Source: Amphiscolops sp. MND2022 (taxonomy: Eukaryota). Taken from it: 64,000 nt of DNA. The notes beneath the pieces are model-generated. The model was given only the letters and a program-made list of their open reading frames with translations. It made no database searches and was not told the DNA's origin. The stretch covers positions 46,996,001-47,060,000 of the forward strand of contig OZ076416.1 in the NCBI GenBank assembly GCA_964187785.1. Direction: 5' to 3'. Made by a program: the position numbers and the translations under genes. Below, piece after piece: positions 1 to 13,267 of the stretch; the first letter of the stretch is position 1; the number at the start of each line of letters is the position of its first letter.

Positions 1-661
1 GCCGCTCTACCTCCTTGGCCCATTGTCACAAGGTAAAAATCCTAAAATTAATAAATAACTAATAAAAAGTTTTCTCACACAAGTTGCAATTTTTTTCACA
101 TTTAGGTGGGGCACATGGATTTGCTGTGGCGTATACATTGCCGAAACGGCTGTTTAGTTTGCTCAAGATTAAGCTGGAAAACTGCAGAAACATTAAGTTG
201 GAGACAGTCTGAAAGCTTCTATATATACGTATTTAACCTGTAATTCACTGGCTTCACTGAATTTACCGTTACCTTACCTTTGTTTCAATTTTTTTCTTAC
301 TTTTTTAGGTATTTTGGTTTACTTTAAGAAAAATTTTTTCCGCAAAATTTTCTTTACTTTTTTTCCGGTTATTGCTGATCAATAAAAAAGGTAAGTTAAC
401 GGTAAATTCAGCCAGTGAATTACAGGTTAAATACGTATATACAGAAGCTTTTGGACTGTCTCCAACTTAATGTTTCTGCAGTTTTGCACATTAATCTTGA
501 GCAAACTAAACAGCCGTTTCGGCAATGTATTCGCCACAGCGAATCCATGTGCCCCACCTAAATGTCAAAAAATTGCAGTTTGTTTGAATAAACTCTTTGT
601 TAGTTATTTATCAATTTCAAGATTTTCACCCTGCGACAATGGGCCAAGGAGGTAGAGCGGC
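1..661. repeat. Long inverted repeat (arms ~1-283 and ~387-661, ~100-bp spacer); left arm cut by the window edge
   Basis: The reverse complement of 387-661 reproduces 1-283 (gccgctctacctccttggcccattgtc...ttaggtggggcacatggat...gaatttaccgtt) with scattered mismatches. Confidence 0.9.
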
Positions 662-1869
662 AGGAAATGACCTTCGTCCGGATGAACATTTCGATAAGCT
701 TGTTTTCAAGGTTGGTATGCTTTTTCTTGGACTTCTTCTCGTTGTCCAGGTGCTTTGCTCGATTCAAAAGAGCTTGTATAGCTGATTTCTCATTGTGGCA
801 TAATTTTGTGTCACACGCTGTACACATAATCTCAGAGCCCACAAGACGCAAAAATGGGCCTAATTCGCAAAAATGGGCTTGATTCGCAAAATCGCTTCAC
901 GTTTGTTGTGGTTTGACGAACAGGAGCCTTTTCATCTGCAATAGTTAAGTAAATAAATATTTCCTTTCACACGTTGTCACACATTTCTGAGAAAAACAGC
1001 GTACTTGCTTGTCCGATTGTCACCCTGGCACTTGCATGCCTTGTAATTCTCAGAAATGGTCAAGGAATTGTCTAACCATTACTTACTTTTTTTACTCCGT
1101 CGGACCCCAAAAAAGTAAAAAACGGTCTTTACTTTTTTATCCGGTTTCTGCTGATCACCTATGCAAAAAATTTTGTTTTAATCATTCGTTGGTCTGCAAT
1201 AGCGATAGCAGAAATTGCAAATACTTTGTATGTCCACAACCGAGCGAAAATAGAACGTGACGCGGTCAGAATTTTATTCACTCATTGAAGTTATTCTATC
1301 GAAACCAAGAAGATGAGGCAAGAAACAAAGGAAATGGAAATACCGAATTTCGAGGCCAACAATGACAGAAAGAAGATATTCACACCGGAAGATAATAACA
1401 ATATAAATTTAAAACGGATATGACAGTATAATATGGTAAGCCGAAATGACACAAAACGGTCCGGAAAGGAAGGCGAAATACAGGAAGGCATCATTAGATT
1501 TCATATGGGGTATCGACACATAAGCATTGTACCAAATGACACCATCAGAAAAAAACGAGACTGAACCAGACAAACTAGCGATTAAAGATTTGATAGTACT
1601 ATTCAACGAAAACTTCTCACTGAAACGAAATATACATCACACACGGCGAGGAAGAAATATAGATCACAACCGCGGAGAAATTGTTTGGACAAAAAAACAC
1701 AGAAACACGGGAAGACTTCTGCTCTCGGAGATCCAGAAAGAATGCAGCTTTGAAAGCATCACAGCCGAAGAACTACCAATATCGAACTTCATGAGCGCAG
1801 TCACAGTGAAAAAGCTCCGAGACAAACAAAGAGAAAAAACCCAAAATTAAGAAAACGATTATAAAAAAA

Positions 1870-2045
1870 CAAAAATACATACGAACAACCCGGGAACGGC
1901 CCAAGTCGGCGCCATATCTAAGGCTCAAAAATACCAAAAGGACTTCAAAATGTCAAAGTATTGGTGAATTAGGGACCCTTTAAAAAATTTTGAAAAAGTC
2001 TCACAATGCAGAAAAAGATAAAGATTGAACCCAGTAGCGATAAAC
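1870..2045 (-). repeat. Copy of a non-autonomous repeat family with a 3' GC-rich hairpin ending in TTGTT, inserted in Gypsy gag
   Basis: The reverse complement reads ttttgagccttagatatggcgccgacttgggccgttcccgggttgtt, shared with 19495-19548 and 37665-37710. Confidence 0.7.
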
Positions 2046-3399
2046 CATGCTAGTTCTGCAACGCACCGTATTGGAACCCAATACATAAATATCCGCACTG
2101 GACCAGATATGCAATTACTGCGGAAAAAACGGGCGAGAGTTCGCAGATCAGGAGATAAATACAAACCCAAAATACGCAACGTAACCGAAAACGAAAACAC
2201 AGCAATTAGAGAAGAAAGGGACGAATTAGAATCGAGCATCTAAAGGAATGAAAGCATCAATAGAAAAGAAGACAAAATTATATAGTAGGCGAAAATAAAC
2301 GGAAAAGCGAAGGAATTTATAAAAGATACCGGCTCATCAATTTCAATAATGCCGATGGACAACAAAATTTTTTCACGGGTATAACAAAGTAAAATTCCTA
2401 GGGGAAAGAACAGTAGATATGAATACGAAAACTACAAGACGCCCGCTAAACACCGGGTTATTTTCCGCGTTCTTCGCCTTCCCCAACTGAGCCATAGCAA
2501 TTTTGAGAGGGGGAATAGGATTCAAAGTATAAGATCTAACTTTTAAATTTTTTTAAAGTGATTTTAAATCTTTAGATGTTCCCGTCCTGAAGTTTTAGAT
2601 CTTATTCCTTTTAGATCTTTTCCCATTTTTACTTTAGATGTTCCCCCCTCTAAGCTGTTTCAGTTCGACTTTTTAGTTACTTGTAACTAAAAAACTAAAA
2701 TAGCCAAGTAGCTATATAAAATAGTAAAGTAGTTACGTCGAATGAGGACCGCGGAGGAGACTTGGCAGAAATAGGAAAAACGCAACACAGATCATGCTTT
2801 TCCTCCCCCATTGTATGTGGGCGGAAGTTAATGAACAAAAGATGCCTATACTTCTCGAAAGAAATAACATAACACCATTGCTCGGAAGGGACTGGTTGAA
2901 AGAATTCAAGCTACGGATTGCAAATCCCGGACATATTCAAAAACAACAAGAACTTCTAAATCAGATTTCGGAAAAAATCACAAATGGTCGAACAAAAGAA
3001 CTACCAATATCGAAAATGATTTACACTTCGCTTCCGGCCAGATGACACTATTAGAATGAACGAGCCGACAATGCATGTTTGCTATTCCCGGAGTGAATAA
3101 TTTACCTTTAGCGGGTATTATCGATTCAAAAAGGGATATTTTACGTTTCGCCGATATGCTCACACTTTTCAAGCAAAGTTTGAGCGAACACTAGAATTTT
3201 GTACACCGGCATGGTTGGGCGACATAATAGTTGTGACACGGGGCAACAGAGAATAACATGAAAAGAATTATTTTGACGTACTGAAAAAACTAGGAAAAGC
3301 TGCATACAGAGCAAGTGCGAAAAAGTCCGAATTCTTTCAAGAAGAATTAAAAGGCTTGGGATATGAAAATGACGAGAACGGTATTTGGCCGAACGAAAA

Positions 3400-4990
3400 A
3401 AATGCATGACGAAAAATATTGTGGTTTCCTTGTGCAAAAAGTGCGATAGAAAAACCTTAGGGAGTTTCCAATGGTTCTGCATCCTTCCAATGTCGTCACG
3501 GATACTAGCAAGAGTCTTGGCAACACGACTGCGGACGTCGAGTGAAAAACAAGATCCAGTTGGTGACACTCAACAAGGATTCCGTGCCAGCAGTCGACGT
3601 GCAAATCATCGTTCGCATCCACGACGAACTCCGAGAAAAAAAACACGCACATCCCCAAAGCCATACTCTTAGACATCATCAAGGCCTACCCCAGAGTGAA
3701 CAAATCCATTTTGTGGGCAAATTAGAGAAACTGAGAATGAGAACTCCAACGTTGAGACTTCTAAAAAACTTCCTTAAGAACGCAAAACATAAAGTACAAG
3801 GCAGAGACACAAACAGCAGCTAGTGTAAACTCGAGAGAGGCCTGCGGAAGAAGCAACATCACCAGTCCTCTTCAGCATATGCTATGCTCAGGCCATGACC
3901 AAGAAGTCGGAATTCAAGTCCTCCGAATCACGAAAGACTACTATGTTGATACTCCCTTGCAATGGACCAATGGATGCCTTCTGCCTCCAGTTGATATCAA
4001 AAAAAGCATAGGGGATATCGGCCATCGAATCGATACTTTTGACAAACTTTGTTTGCTGACTAAACTACCCTTATTAGTATCGAACCGAAAATAATAGAGC
4101 CAAAGATATCGCAGTAGAAACTTTAGAAAGGTTCGAAGTATAGTGTCACTGGGATAGGAAGAAAACATGGGCTCCTGGGCGAACAAAATGACATCCGCAT
4201 CCCGAGTTCCTACTGTGATCGAAAGAATGACAAAAAAAGGTTCCGGAAAGCTTCACTCGTCATTGAAAAACGACTCAAAAACTTGAGAATCAGCAAAACG
4301 AAACCAGACAATAACGTAGAAGTCTGCTGCAAATCAACGGTTTTATTGGACAGCAACATCAGAGCCTGGACTAAATGTGAACTCGCCTCAAAATTGCGAA
4401 ACGATCCCTCCGAAGGATCATAGACCTCCTGCGCATGGACAACCAACGGACAACCGAAAATCGTGTTGGACTGGCCGTCAGAAGAAGGGAGGCCAAAGGT
4501 AATTGTAGTCGAAAAACCATCAAATACTGGATTAAACTATTCAAAGACGCGAGCCAGGATCCTGACACACTTGAAGTTGTAGCACCCGGTTGTGAAGCCA
4601 ACGAAACCTTTGTCAACAGAAGAACCGCATATATCCAGAGGTGGGAAGAAACGCAAGCCAAAAAAGCGGACATGCCAAGATGACAACGTAGCGAGCTGAT
4701 CACCCTGACAACACGCGATACTTCCGTGAAAACATTCCGAACAACCATAAGAGGTCTAAAAGCACACTTTCGAAGAATGCGCAAGAAGAGGCAGGCGGAG
4801 GAACACATTTGTGGGATATGCAATTGCATACTAAAACCAAATCGGCGAAAATCAATCATGAAAAAGCCTGCTTGAAGAAAAAAGACACGTAGACAGTGTA
4901 TGCAGCTGAAACAACTGAGCGAAAGGAGGAATCACAGCAATTTTTGAGGCTTAACCATCACCAATAGGAATATCTATATCCTTAATCTTT
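3400..4990 (+). mobile_element. 5'-truncated, degenerate non-LTR retrotransposon (RTE-like LINE RT) nested in the Gypsy pol
   Basis: Translations give KKCDRK...ILPMSSRILARVLATRLR...DTQQGFRA, then LDIIKAYPRVNKSILW, a GLRE...TSPVLF-like motif and a C-terminal CGIC. These are typical LINE RT motifs, flanked on both sides by Gypsy pol sequence. Confidence 0.75.
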
Positions 4991-7661
4991 CTATATACTG
5001 ACTATCAAGCCTTAGAACCGCTAATTGAAAGAAATAGTTGTAACAAACAACACAGCGCTGGATTAACAAGGTGGTTAGACCGGCTGGCATACTTCGGTAA
5101 TAATGCTATACAACATATAGCTGGCAGTAATCCTAAACTTACCGATTTCCCCAGCAGAAACCCGGTAGAGAGCTCTACAACCGAAAACGTAGACGATGAG
5201 CAAAACGTAATAAACAAAACAAGCTGAAATGAAATTGAAATACGGAATAATCTTTGCAAACCAATCACAAAGCGCAGCAATAAGTGCAGAGACACAAGAG
5301 AACAAATTAATTGACCGATCAGAAAATGATACAACGTTTGAGAAAAACCGAAGCGTGAACAAACTGAAAGAACAAGCAGAAACCAGTCCGAAACACGATT
5401 CACAAAAGTTGAATAGCGATAACATTCGCATACTTGAGGTGCCATTACCTTGTTATAAAGGAGACATGGACCGAGATTACTTCAACTGGGAAGCATCTGC
5501 GGAAATGATGGAAATAATCAAAAGCAAGATGAAGGCCCGGAAACATTACGGTTGGTGTGAGAAAGACTAGAAATAGTGAGACCCTGAACAATAAAAAGGA
5601 GATACGACCAGAACGCACAAAGAACCATATGGGACCCTCTAGACCAAACAAAAGGAGCAGAGAGAAAATTACAGAAATGGACGGAGAGCTAATTCACCGA
5701 AGAAACTGATTGGGCGAAGGCTACCAACCAATGGCGGCGCCCGAAATTGAACTGCGGCCCCAAGAAATTCCGCAAGACCCCGATAGTGAGGGGAAAGTCA
5801 GAGAAATTATTAACACGGACGGAAAAGCTCATCACCTCCAAATAAAACATATCATCTGAACTTTTTTTAAAGAAAGAAAGTCTTGGAGGTTACCATCGGG
5901 AAAGTCGAGATGATTTCATGCTAGATTCGAAAACAATGATGATAAATACGACAATCGACGCTAAATTAGACATGGTGCAACTGGGATTAAACCGAAATGA
6001 CCGCGACATGGCACCGGAGAGTTACATGCAGCAATTCAACGGCTTATCCTTGAGATGGGGATTGATAGTCAACGATGACAAAATATAGTTTCAAACGAAC
6101 TCAGAAAGAAGCCACTGGATACCATGCACTACGAATATGCCGGAACTAGAAAATGGCAGTAGAAGCAAAAGTCTTCTGGTGACCAAACTTTACGCGTGAC
6201 CTTTAACAAATAGTGGAAGACTGCCTCTCATGCAATTGAATACTGCACACCGAGATTACACACAGGTATGGGAGCAGTTGAACGCGCAATCCAAACCATG
6301 TAAACTTGATAAAAGCTAATCTAGAAGATAATTTATCCCTGACCGATTGCGTTAATAGAACGTTAAAAGTAATGCGAAATACAGCACATATGGAATTAAT
6401 GTTAACCCCTTTTGAGCTACACCAGGCAGGAAGCCGCGAACTGGACTGACCAATCTATTCGAAGATGATTATTCATACATTTCTGATTGGTTCCAGCGGA
6501 GAAAATGCCAAAGATACCGATAAACGTGAATGGCCAAAAACCAAAGCCGAAGAGAAAGCGGCGGAAAAGCAACCGGAAAAGAAAACTTCGATTAGTGAAT
6601 ATTTTTTTAAAATTTGTTTAAAAGAATTACATCAAAAATTGAACTTCCAAAAAAAATCGAGCCACAGTAAATGGAACAGAATACACCGTAACTTTCGAAG
6701 ACGGAAAATTGAATCCCCGAAATTGTATTTCTTGACGGATTGTATTTCGGAGTGGGAAGAAGAAAGGACGGCCCCGCAAATCGGTGACCAAGTAAGACCG
6801 AAGAATAGACATTGGGTCGGCGGGTTGGACAGGATGTACATTCAGCGGGAAAACCCTTAGGGATATCCTGAATGGAAAACTGAAAGTAATACAAAACTGT
6901 ACCGGAAAAATGGTAACCGAATCTGAAAGTGAGGAAGGAGAAATTGAAGATCAAGGCGAAAGTGACTTCGAAAGAGAAAATCCAGAAAAGTCCAAAAAGA
7001 ACGGATACAATCCAATAATGACCAATTCCGAAGATGAGCTGAACTTGCATTCCGACGGCGAAATTCAAACCGGTGAGAATAAAATCAAAAAAACTACTAA
7101 TCGAAAGTATATCCACTAGAAGATCAAATGGGGAAAATAGACAATCGAATAGATACGGGCGGTATCATACACAAAAAAGTTCTGGACATAATGAACATGG
7201 TTGTTGAAAATTTGTTTCAGGATTTGGCCGAGGAAATCAGCTGTGAAGTTTACCGAGACCGTCAGACTTTGAAAGAGAGAAGAGCCTAATGGTCGGGCCG
7301 TCGAAAGTCTAGAGGAAAGTTTCCCCTGGAGGGGGTGTAATTCGGTGTAATACCGATTCCGAATTCTTCGATTCAACACTGTCAGTCAAACTGATCCAAA
7401 TGAACAATGATGATTCTGATTTTTTGTTGGTACATATTTAAATACAACATGTACGTTAGAATAAATTTATGCAGAGAATCATTACCGTTAGTTTTGATAA
7501 ATCGATCAGTTGGTCAATTGACGAGCTTGGAAACACTTTATATTTCCACAACCTAGCAAAATAAGAACGTGACGCAGTCAGAAATTTAATTTGGAACAGA
7601 TACTGTGTTGGAAGCTCATTAAGGGCATGCACATGACCAGATTGTTTGCTTTCTTCATCAG

Positions 7662-7776
7662 GGAGAAGATACTCTGGCCTCAATAGTGGAAGAGGGGTTG
7701 CAGAGGCACGTTGATGGAATCAGCTTTGTGGAGAGAGACGCCGGTCCTAAAATTGACGAGAATATGAAACAAGAAG
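7662..7776 (+). CDS. AGL: Glycogen debranching enzyme, exon (GEDTLASIVEEGLQRHVDGISFVERDAGPKIDENMKQE-G)
   Basis: Acceptor ttcatcag|, donor |gtatag, phase 0->1. Matches the recalled AGL segment [31 protein letters not shown]. Confidence 0.92.
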
Positions 7777-8084
7777 GTATAGTATGCACATTCACCAGTC
7801 TACCAAGTCGGACCGTTTCCTGTTATTAAAAGGCTTTTTGATAGAAAATAACAAGTTTGGAACGGGGAAAGGCGGCGCCCTGCTCAAGGACTAAAATACT
7901 TGAAAGGCGTGTCAAAAATTGTGAAAATTCCGAAAATCAAAGGATAGGACAAAAATATTGATTTATATGCCGAGAATGTAATCCGCGACTTTCATGGCGA
8001 AAAATGGTTACAGATGAATACATTTCCATGCTGTAAATGGTTTCGTGCTGTTGGTTTGATTTGTCCCAGTTGATTTGGTTGCAG

Positions 8085-8327
8085 GATTTTCGGTAGGAGT
8101 GTTTGTGGATACAGAAACAGGCTTCGTGTACGGAGGCAATAAGTGGAACTGTGGCACATGGATGGACAAGATGGGCAGCAGTGTCAGAGCGGGTAACAAG
8201 GGTACTCCTGCTACCCCAAGGGATGGCGCCGCTGTCGAATTGCAGGGACTCATGTTTGCTTGTGTCAATTGGCTCGCACAAGCTCACTCGCTGCACATAT
8301 TTCCCGTCTGCCAGCTCAAGTTACAAG
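8085..8327 (+). CDS. AGL: Glycogen debranching enzyme, exon (GFSVGVFVDTETGFVYGGNKWNCGTWMDKMG...PATPRDGAAVELQGL...)
   Basis: Acceptor ggttgcag|, donor |gttaag, phase 1->1. Contains the conserved NCGTWMDKMG and PATPRDGxAVE motifs of the amylo-1,6-glucosidase domain. Confidence 0.96.
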
Positions 8328-8925
8328 GTTAAGCAGTTAAGAAATTGCAATATAAACATTAATAAGTGGTATGCATAATAAAATACTAATAATAAACTGA
8401 ATGGTGGAGCGGGATTTTGAAAAATTTGTCGAGTTGAGTCAATGTTGTTTGAGTCAAGAACAGAGTGAACAGATGTTTTAAGAATTTTCGATTTAGCAAC
8501 GTTGCGCGAGTCTGCACCTTATGATAAATCTAGTATTAGCCTAGGACGCCTAATTTTACCCGTTTTGAAGCAACTCAGTTAGTTTCATTTCGAAAGTTGC
8601 GTTTTCATATTGATAGCAACCGAGCGCGCTCAAATTATCTTCCTATGAATTGGAGGCGAAGTCAAAGACTATCATTCTGAAAGCTTCAGACAGAATGAAG
8701 ATGACTGGCACTTATGGAGGTCCCACTGGTTGCCCACTGTGAATTAGCTGACAGTGTAGCTAAGAAAAATATTTAATTTGCAAGTTATTTGATAAAACTC
8801 AAGGCGTCTCAGTGTTCGGGATCTTGCATTCAAGATCTTGTCAGGAGTTCAAGATATTTCAAGTGAAAGTGCACATAGGTAAATAACTTTTTGAACGTTT
8901 CTCAGAACGATTCCAAAAATGATTT

Positions 8926-9351
8926 TGTAGTAGAGTCTAGAATACTGAACTTAATTGCTGAGAAAACAGAAGTGTGAAAATAATTAAATTACGCAATAAT
9001 AACAACCTGCCAAACTTAGCCAAAATGGCAAATTAACATCAACTGCCATAAAATCAGATTCCATACTAATTCACAGTTGTTACCGAATTTTCTTCTTTCA
9101 CTATTAGTTAGTTAACGTTAACAGTTTTATTCAAAAGTGATGACTTTGCTCACAGACGTTCTGTTAGCATTTCTTTGCATTGGTTTTTTTCCGAAGAGCA
9201 CGTTTGTTAGTCAATGCTTAGCAACACGAAGTAAGGACTTTTCAGTTACAAAGATTGTTTCAAATGTCCTGAACGTCCTTGTCTTCTTCGTTGTGAACAA
9301 GTTGAAGAGCATAAAAATGAACTCCGAAGGAAGTATAGGCACTTGACAACT
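8926..9351 (+). repeat. 5' LTR (426 bp)
   Basis: Matches 14221-14646 at constant offset 5295 with about 5 mismatches by eye. Confidence 0.9.
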
Positions 9352-9388
9352 GATGTTGGCGAAAACCAGCAATGTATTCCATGCTCCG

Positions 9389-10200
9389 AGAAAGAACCCT
9401 CTTACGACTGGGAACAGTGCCAGCGATTGTTTGAAGTTGCAGTACTGGCTCGCCACTCAATTTCTGTAACCGAAATCACCAGGACTGTAGACGAACAAAA
9501 CCCTCGTGTTCCAGCACTGATGGGAAACCTGGAAGAAAATACGGCTGCAAGAAAGATTGTAAGCTTACTTTACATTTCTCTTGGCAAAAACGGCAGAAAA
9601 ATGATCATGGACAAATTCCCTCAAATTAACATCCTGCTTATTCAATTACCTCAATTCCTGCAACACTGTAATGAGTGCTTTCAAACGCGAAGAAATAGAA
9701 CTATGGATAGACATACCTTTTTGTCAAGAAAGCAGAAGCCGAACGAATCCCTTCATCGGTTTTGGAATGCTTTAAACGGATTGGCTGCTAGATGTAATTT
9801 TGGCAATCAGACAGAAGGTCTAGCCCATGACATTTTCGTCCTCAACATGTCAAGTAAATTGGTACAAGAAAAGCTCTGCACAGAGCCAAAGGACACTCCA
9901 GCAGAGGCTCTCCAATTCGCAATTGCTTTTGAAGATGGACTAAAGAGACAGAAGACATACGGATACATGGGACAAGAGCCCAAGATAAAAGAAGAACCAC
10001 TCTGTGCAGTCAGCGGAAGCAGCTTCAATGCAAGAGAGTGTTGGAGATATGGCGCTGGAAATTTTACAATGTAACATCTAAAGTTCTGCAAAGGACCAAA
10101 TGCGATGTGTAATTACTGCCTCAGAAAGGGACATTTGGAGAAAGTCTGTAATCAGAAGAAAGACAAATTTCAACAAAGCAAATGGCAGCAGTGAGCAAAC
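9389..10200 (+). pseudogene. Gypsy gag (N-terminus missing, premature stop at 10074, Cys/His knuckles)
   Basis: ORF 9343-10074 contains FLSRKQKPNESLHRFWNALNGLAARCNFG. Downstream CNYCLRKGHLEKVC is a zinc knuckle. Confidence 0.85.
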
Positions 10201-10319
10201 AAACCGCCGTGTACAATTAGTCGATCAGGAGGAAGTGGACGATGAAAATATAATGATTCTAAATGTAGAAGGAGATGAAAACACGAAACCATATCATATG
10301 GAAGGATTCATCAGGGAAA

Positions 10320-13267
10320 CAGGTTCAAAACAATGATCGGTTCAAGATCACCTGTCACAGTTTTTGCGTTAGATGAAATAAAGCAGATCATGAAGAGAGA
10401 AACCCTCCCCGTGCGTGAGATGATAGAAGGAGACAGGTATGTGGATTTTAATGGGAAACCATTAAATCTACTGGGATATGTGTTCTGCGAACTACAAGTG
10501 GGCAACCAGTACATTAAGCAGGCGAGAATTCTAATTGCCAAAAAGGGAACAAATTCCAGTATCGGTCGAGGGTGGCTCTCAACGTTGAGATACAGATTTA
10601 CGCCAGTGAATGAATGTGAGTTAGAAGTAATTTCAGTAGAAAAAGACGAGGAACCAAGTGCGGAAACAAAGCAACTAAGTAAAGAATTTCCCGATTTGTT
10701 CAAAAGAAACGGAAGAATAAGAAATCACCAAGTAAAAATCAATCTGGAATCAGACGCAAAAATTTCTCAGCAAAAAGGAAGGCGAATTCCAATACAATTA
10801 CAAAATGCGGTAGACGCGGAAATAAAACGATTACTGAAAGACGGTCATATCGAGAAAATAAACGAAATTAAAGACGATGTCTTTATACAACCAACAATAT
10901 TAACGGTAAAGACCGTTCAGTGAAAATTGCATTAGACGCTAGAGCGTTAAACCAAGCGATTGATGAATATAAGTACCAAATGCCAAATCTAGATAATTTT
11001 CTAGATATGGTAGCAGAAAAGCTAGATAATGAGAATGGAGAGGCATGTACTCGTCCGTAGATATGATCTATGCATACGGTCAAGTTCTTTACATTCATTA
11101 ACGGCAAAACACTGCAATTTTCAAATTATTGGAGGCAAAGCCACTGGAACATACAGATTTGTAACAGGTTTTTACGGTCTGACGGTTATGCCGACAGAAT
11201 TTTAAAAAGTAATGGATTTACTTTTAGCTAAATTTAGAGAAGTATTTGTTTTTATTGATGACATTTTGATAGTAACCAAGAGAACTAAGAGCGAACATTT
11301 AGATAAAGTGCGGGAAAAGTGATGAATGAAGCGAAATTACAATTAAAGGTGGGAAAATGCAAATTTGCAAAACAAGAAATAGAGTGGTTGGGTTTCAAAC
11401 TGACAAGTTCAGGCATTTCGCCAATTAATACAAAGGTACAAGGAATTTCCGACAAACTCAGACCAACCAATTTGAAAGAATTGAGGTCATTTTCAGGCGC
11501 GGTAAATCAATTTAACAGATTTGTTCCAGATTTAGTTACTATTTGCTTCCCCTTCAGATCAATTTGAAAAAGACGCAGAATGGAATGGAATGAAGTGCAT
11601 GAATCGGCTTTCAAAATATTAAACGAAGAAGTGAAAAAAGTTGCGGAATTAACACATTTTAAAAAGGAAAAACCACTGCGAATAATCTGCGATGCCGGTA
11701 AACAAGGGCTAGGAGCGGTCCTCCAACAAAAGGAAGACATGGGCTGAGAGCCAATATCGTACGGTATTAACGGAACTCGAAGCGAAGTATTCATTGAACG
11801 AATAACATTTTAAAAATTATGTCTACGGTGAAAAGTTCGGTGTAGTGTCAGACCACAAAGCCTTACAGAGTGTAATAAAAGCGAATAGAGGAAACAAAAC
11901 TTTTTCAAGCAGGCTAACTAGGTGGGTAGACAGACTACTTCCCTTTGACTTTTCAGTAATACACGCACCGGGTAGAACGATAGCAATGTCCGATTACCTT
12001 TCGCGACACCCTTCCGACTATTGTGGTTCAACAGTAAAAGCGGAAGAAATGTTCAGTAGCTGGTTTACAATAAACATAGTAGATGAAATCGTTTCGCCAT
12101 TGAGTGGAAAATTGGCCAATGAAAATGAACCAGTCAGAATTAAGACTGAAGGCAAAAGAAACTCAAGCGTGAAAGAGAGTGTGCTGAAAGTTCATACGCC
12201 TATGCGGTCGAGTGTTATTAGTAAACAAAATACAAAAGTGCCGATTAGCGGCAAAATGACTGAAGAAAGAGATCTGTCGAAATCCAAAATCAGCCAAAAC
12301 TATGTGCAAGCAAATTATGAGAACGACCGTAAGTTTCAAAAAATCATCCGTTCAATCAAAGATAAAAAGCCTGCAGTAATCTCTCGTTTACCTTCCCACT
12401 AGAGAGAGAAAATCAATTCATTTAGCCTGGACTCGAAACATTTCCTATACATGGACCAACGGCTGGTAATCCCAAAAGAAATGCGTGAAAACGTATTAAG
12501 GGCCATTTATTTCGGGCACGCCGGCAGAGATGCCATGTTACGAGATACATCCGACCGTGTGGTGCCCGAGGATCCACCGAGAGATCGTAGAAAAGGCAAG
12601 AAATTGCTCCGAATGCCAAAAAGCAGGGAAGAACCTCAAATAAGTAAATAGTCAAAAAGAGTTTGGAAAATTACCTGAGGCAAAAAGCCCAAATGATGAA
12701 ATTTTGCTAGATTTCGCAGGACCATTCCAAAATATAAATAAACAGAAGAAATATTTGCTTGTTTCATTAGATAATAATTCAGGATGGCCAGCTGCAATGT
12801 TTTTACCGATTCCATCGGCAGATAAAGTCGTAGAATTTTTATTAGAATACATAGCAACGAACGGAATTCCAAAAAGGATTAGAACAGAGCCGGGGACAGT
12901 ATTCAAAGGAGAAAAATTTCAGCAATTTTGTAAAGAAAGATTCATTCAACACATAATCTGTCCCATCCGCGACCATTGGGGTAACGGAAAGGTAGAAAGA
13001 ATGATCAGAACATTGAACGAAAGACTTAGAACAAATGGAAAAATAGTAGTTCAGAAAGATACATCGGGATTGTCAAATATACTCTTTGCACTGAGAACAG
13101 AAAAAAGGGTAGACAACACATCGGCTTCTGAAAGACAAATGGGTAGAAAGTCGAACACACTAAAGTCGGCTATGATCAGACAGTGTTTTTTAGAGAAGGA
13201 CCCCCAACTCCAGATCGAGCCGGAAGACTTCAGTGAGGAGGTTGACTCAACAATTCTCGTTCGATAA
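10320..13267 (+). pseudogene. Gypsy pol (protease, RT, RNase H, integrase), broken by several stops and frameshifts
   Basis: Motifs seen: RT VFVFIDDILIV ~11245; RNase H ICDAGKQGLGAVLQQ and SDHKAL...RLTRWVDRLLPFDF; integrase LDFAGPF...GNGKVERMIRTL. Confidence 0.9.

Larger units (their letters stand above)
1300..7400 (+). mobile_element. Old, degenerate Ty3/Gypsy LTR retrotransposon (gag-PR-RT-RNaseH-INT remnants, probable PPT and 3' LTR start)
   Basis: Remnants seen: gag-like 1527-1850; protease-like EFIKDTGSSISIMP ~2310-2355; RT pieces ~3000-3400; RNase H (TDYQALEPLI...LTRWLDRLAYF) ~4995-5100; integrase (AVERAIQT) ~6270-6300. A purine tract GGAGGGGG is followed by TGTAA at 7336. Many stops and frameshifts; ends approximate. 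Confidence 0.75.

Noticed and set aside
597-785. Upstream AGL exon
   Set aside because: No frame resembles the expected RYNCRDAVWWW segment, and part of the ORF lies in an inverted-repeat arm.
9137-9346. Duplicated 69-aa hydrophobic ORF (also 14432-14641) as a small membrane protein
   Set aside because: Both copies lie within the two LTRs, and there is no independent coding evidence.
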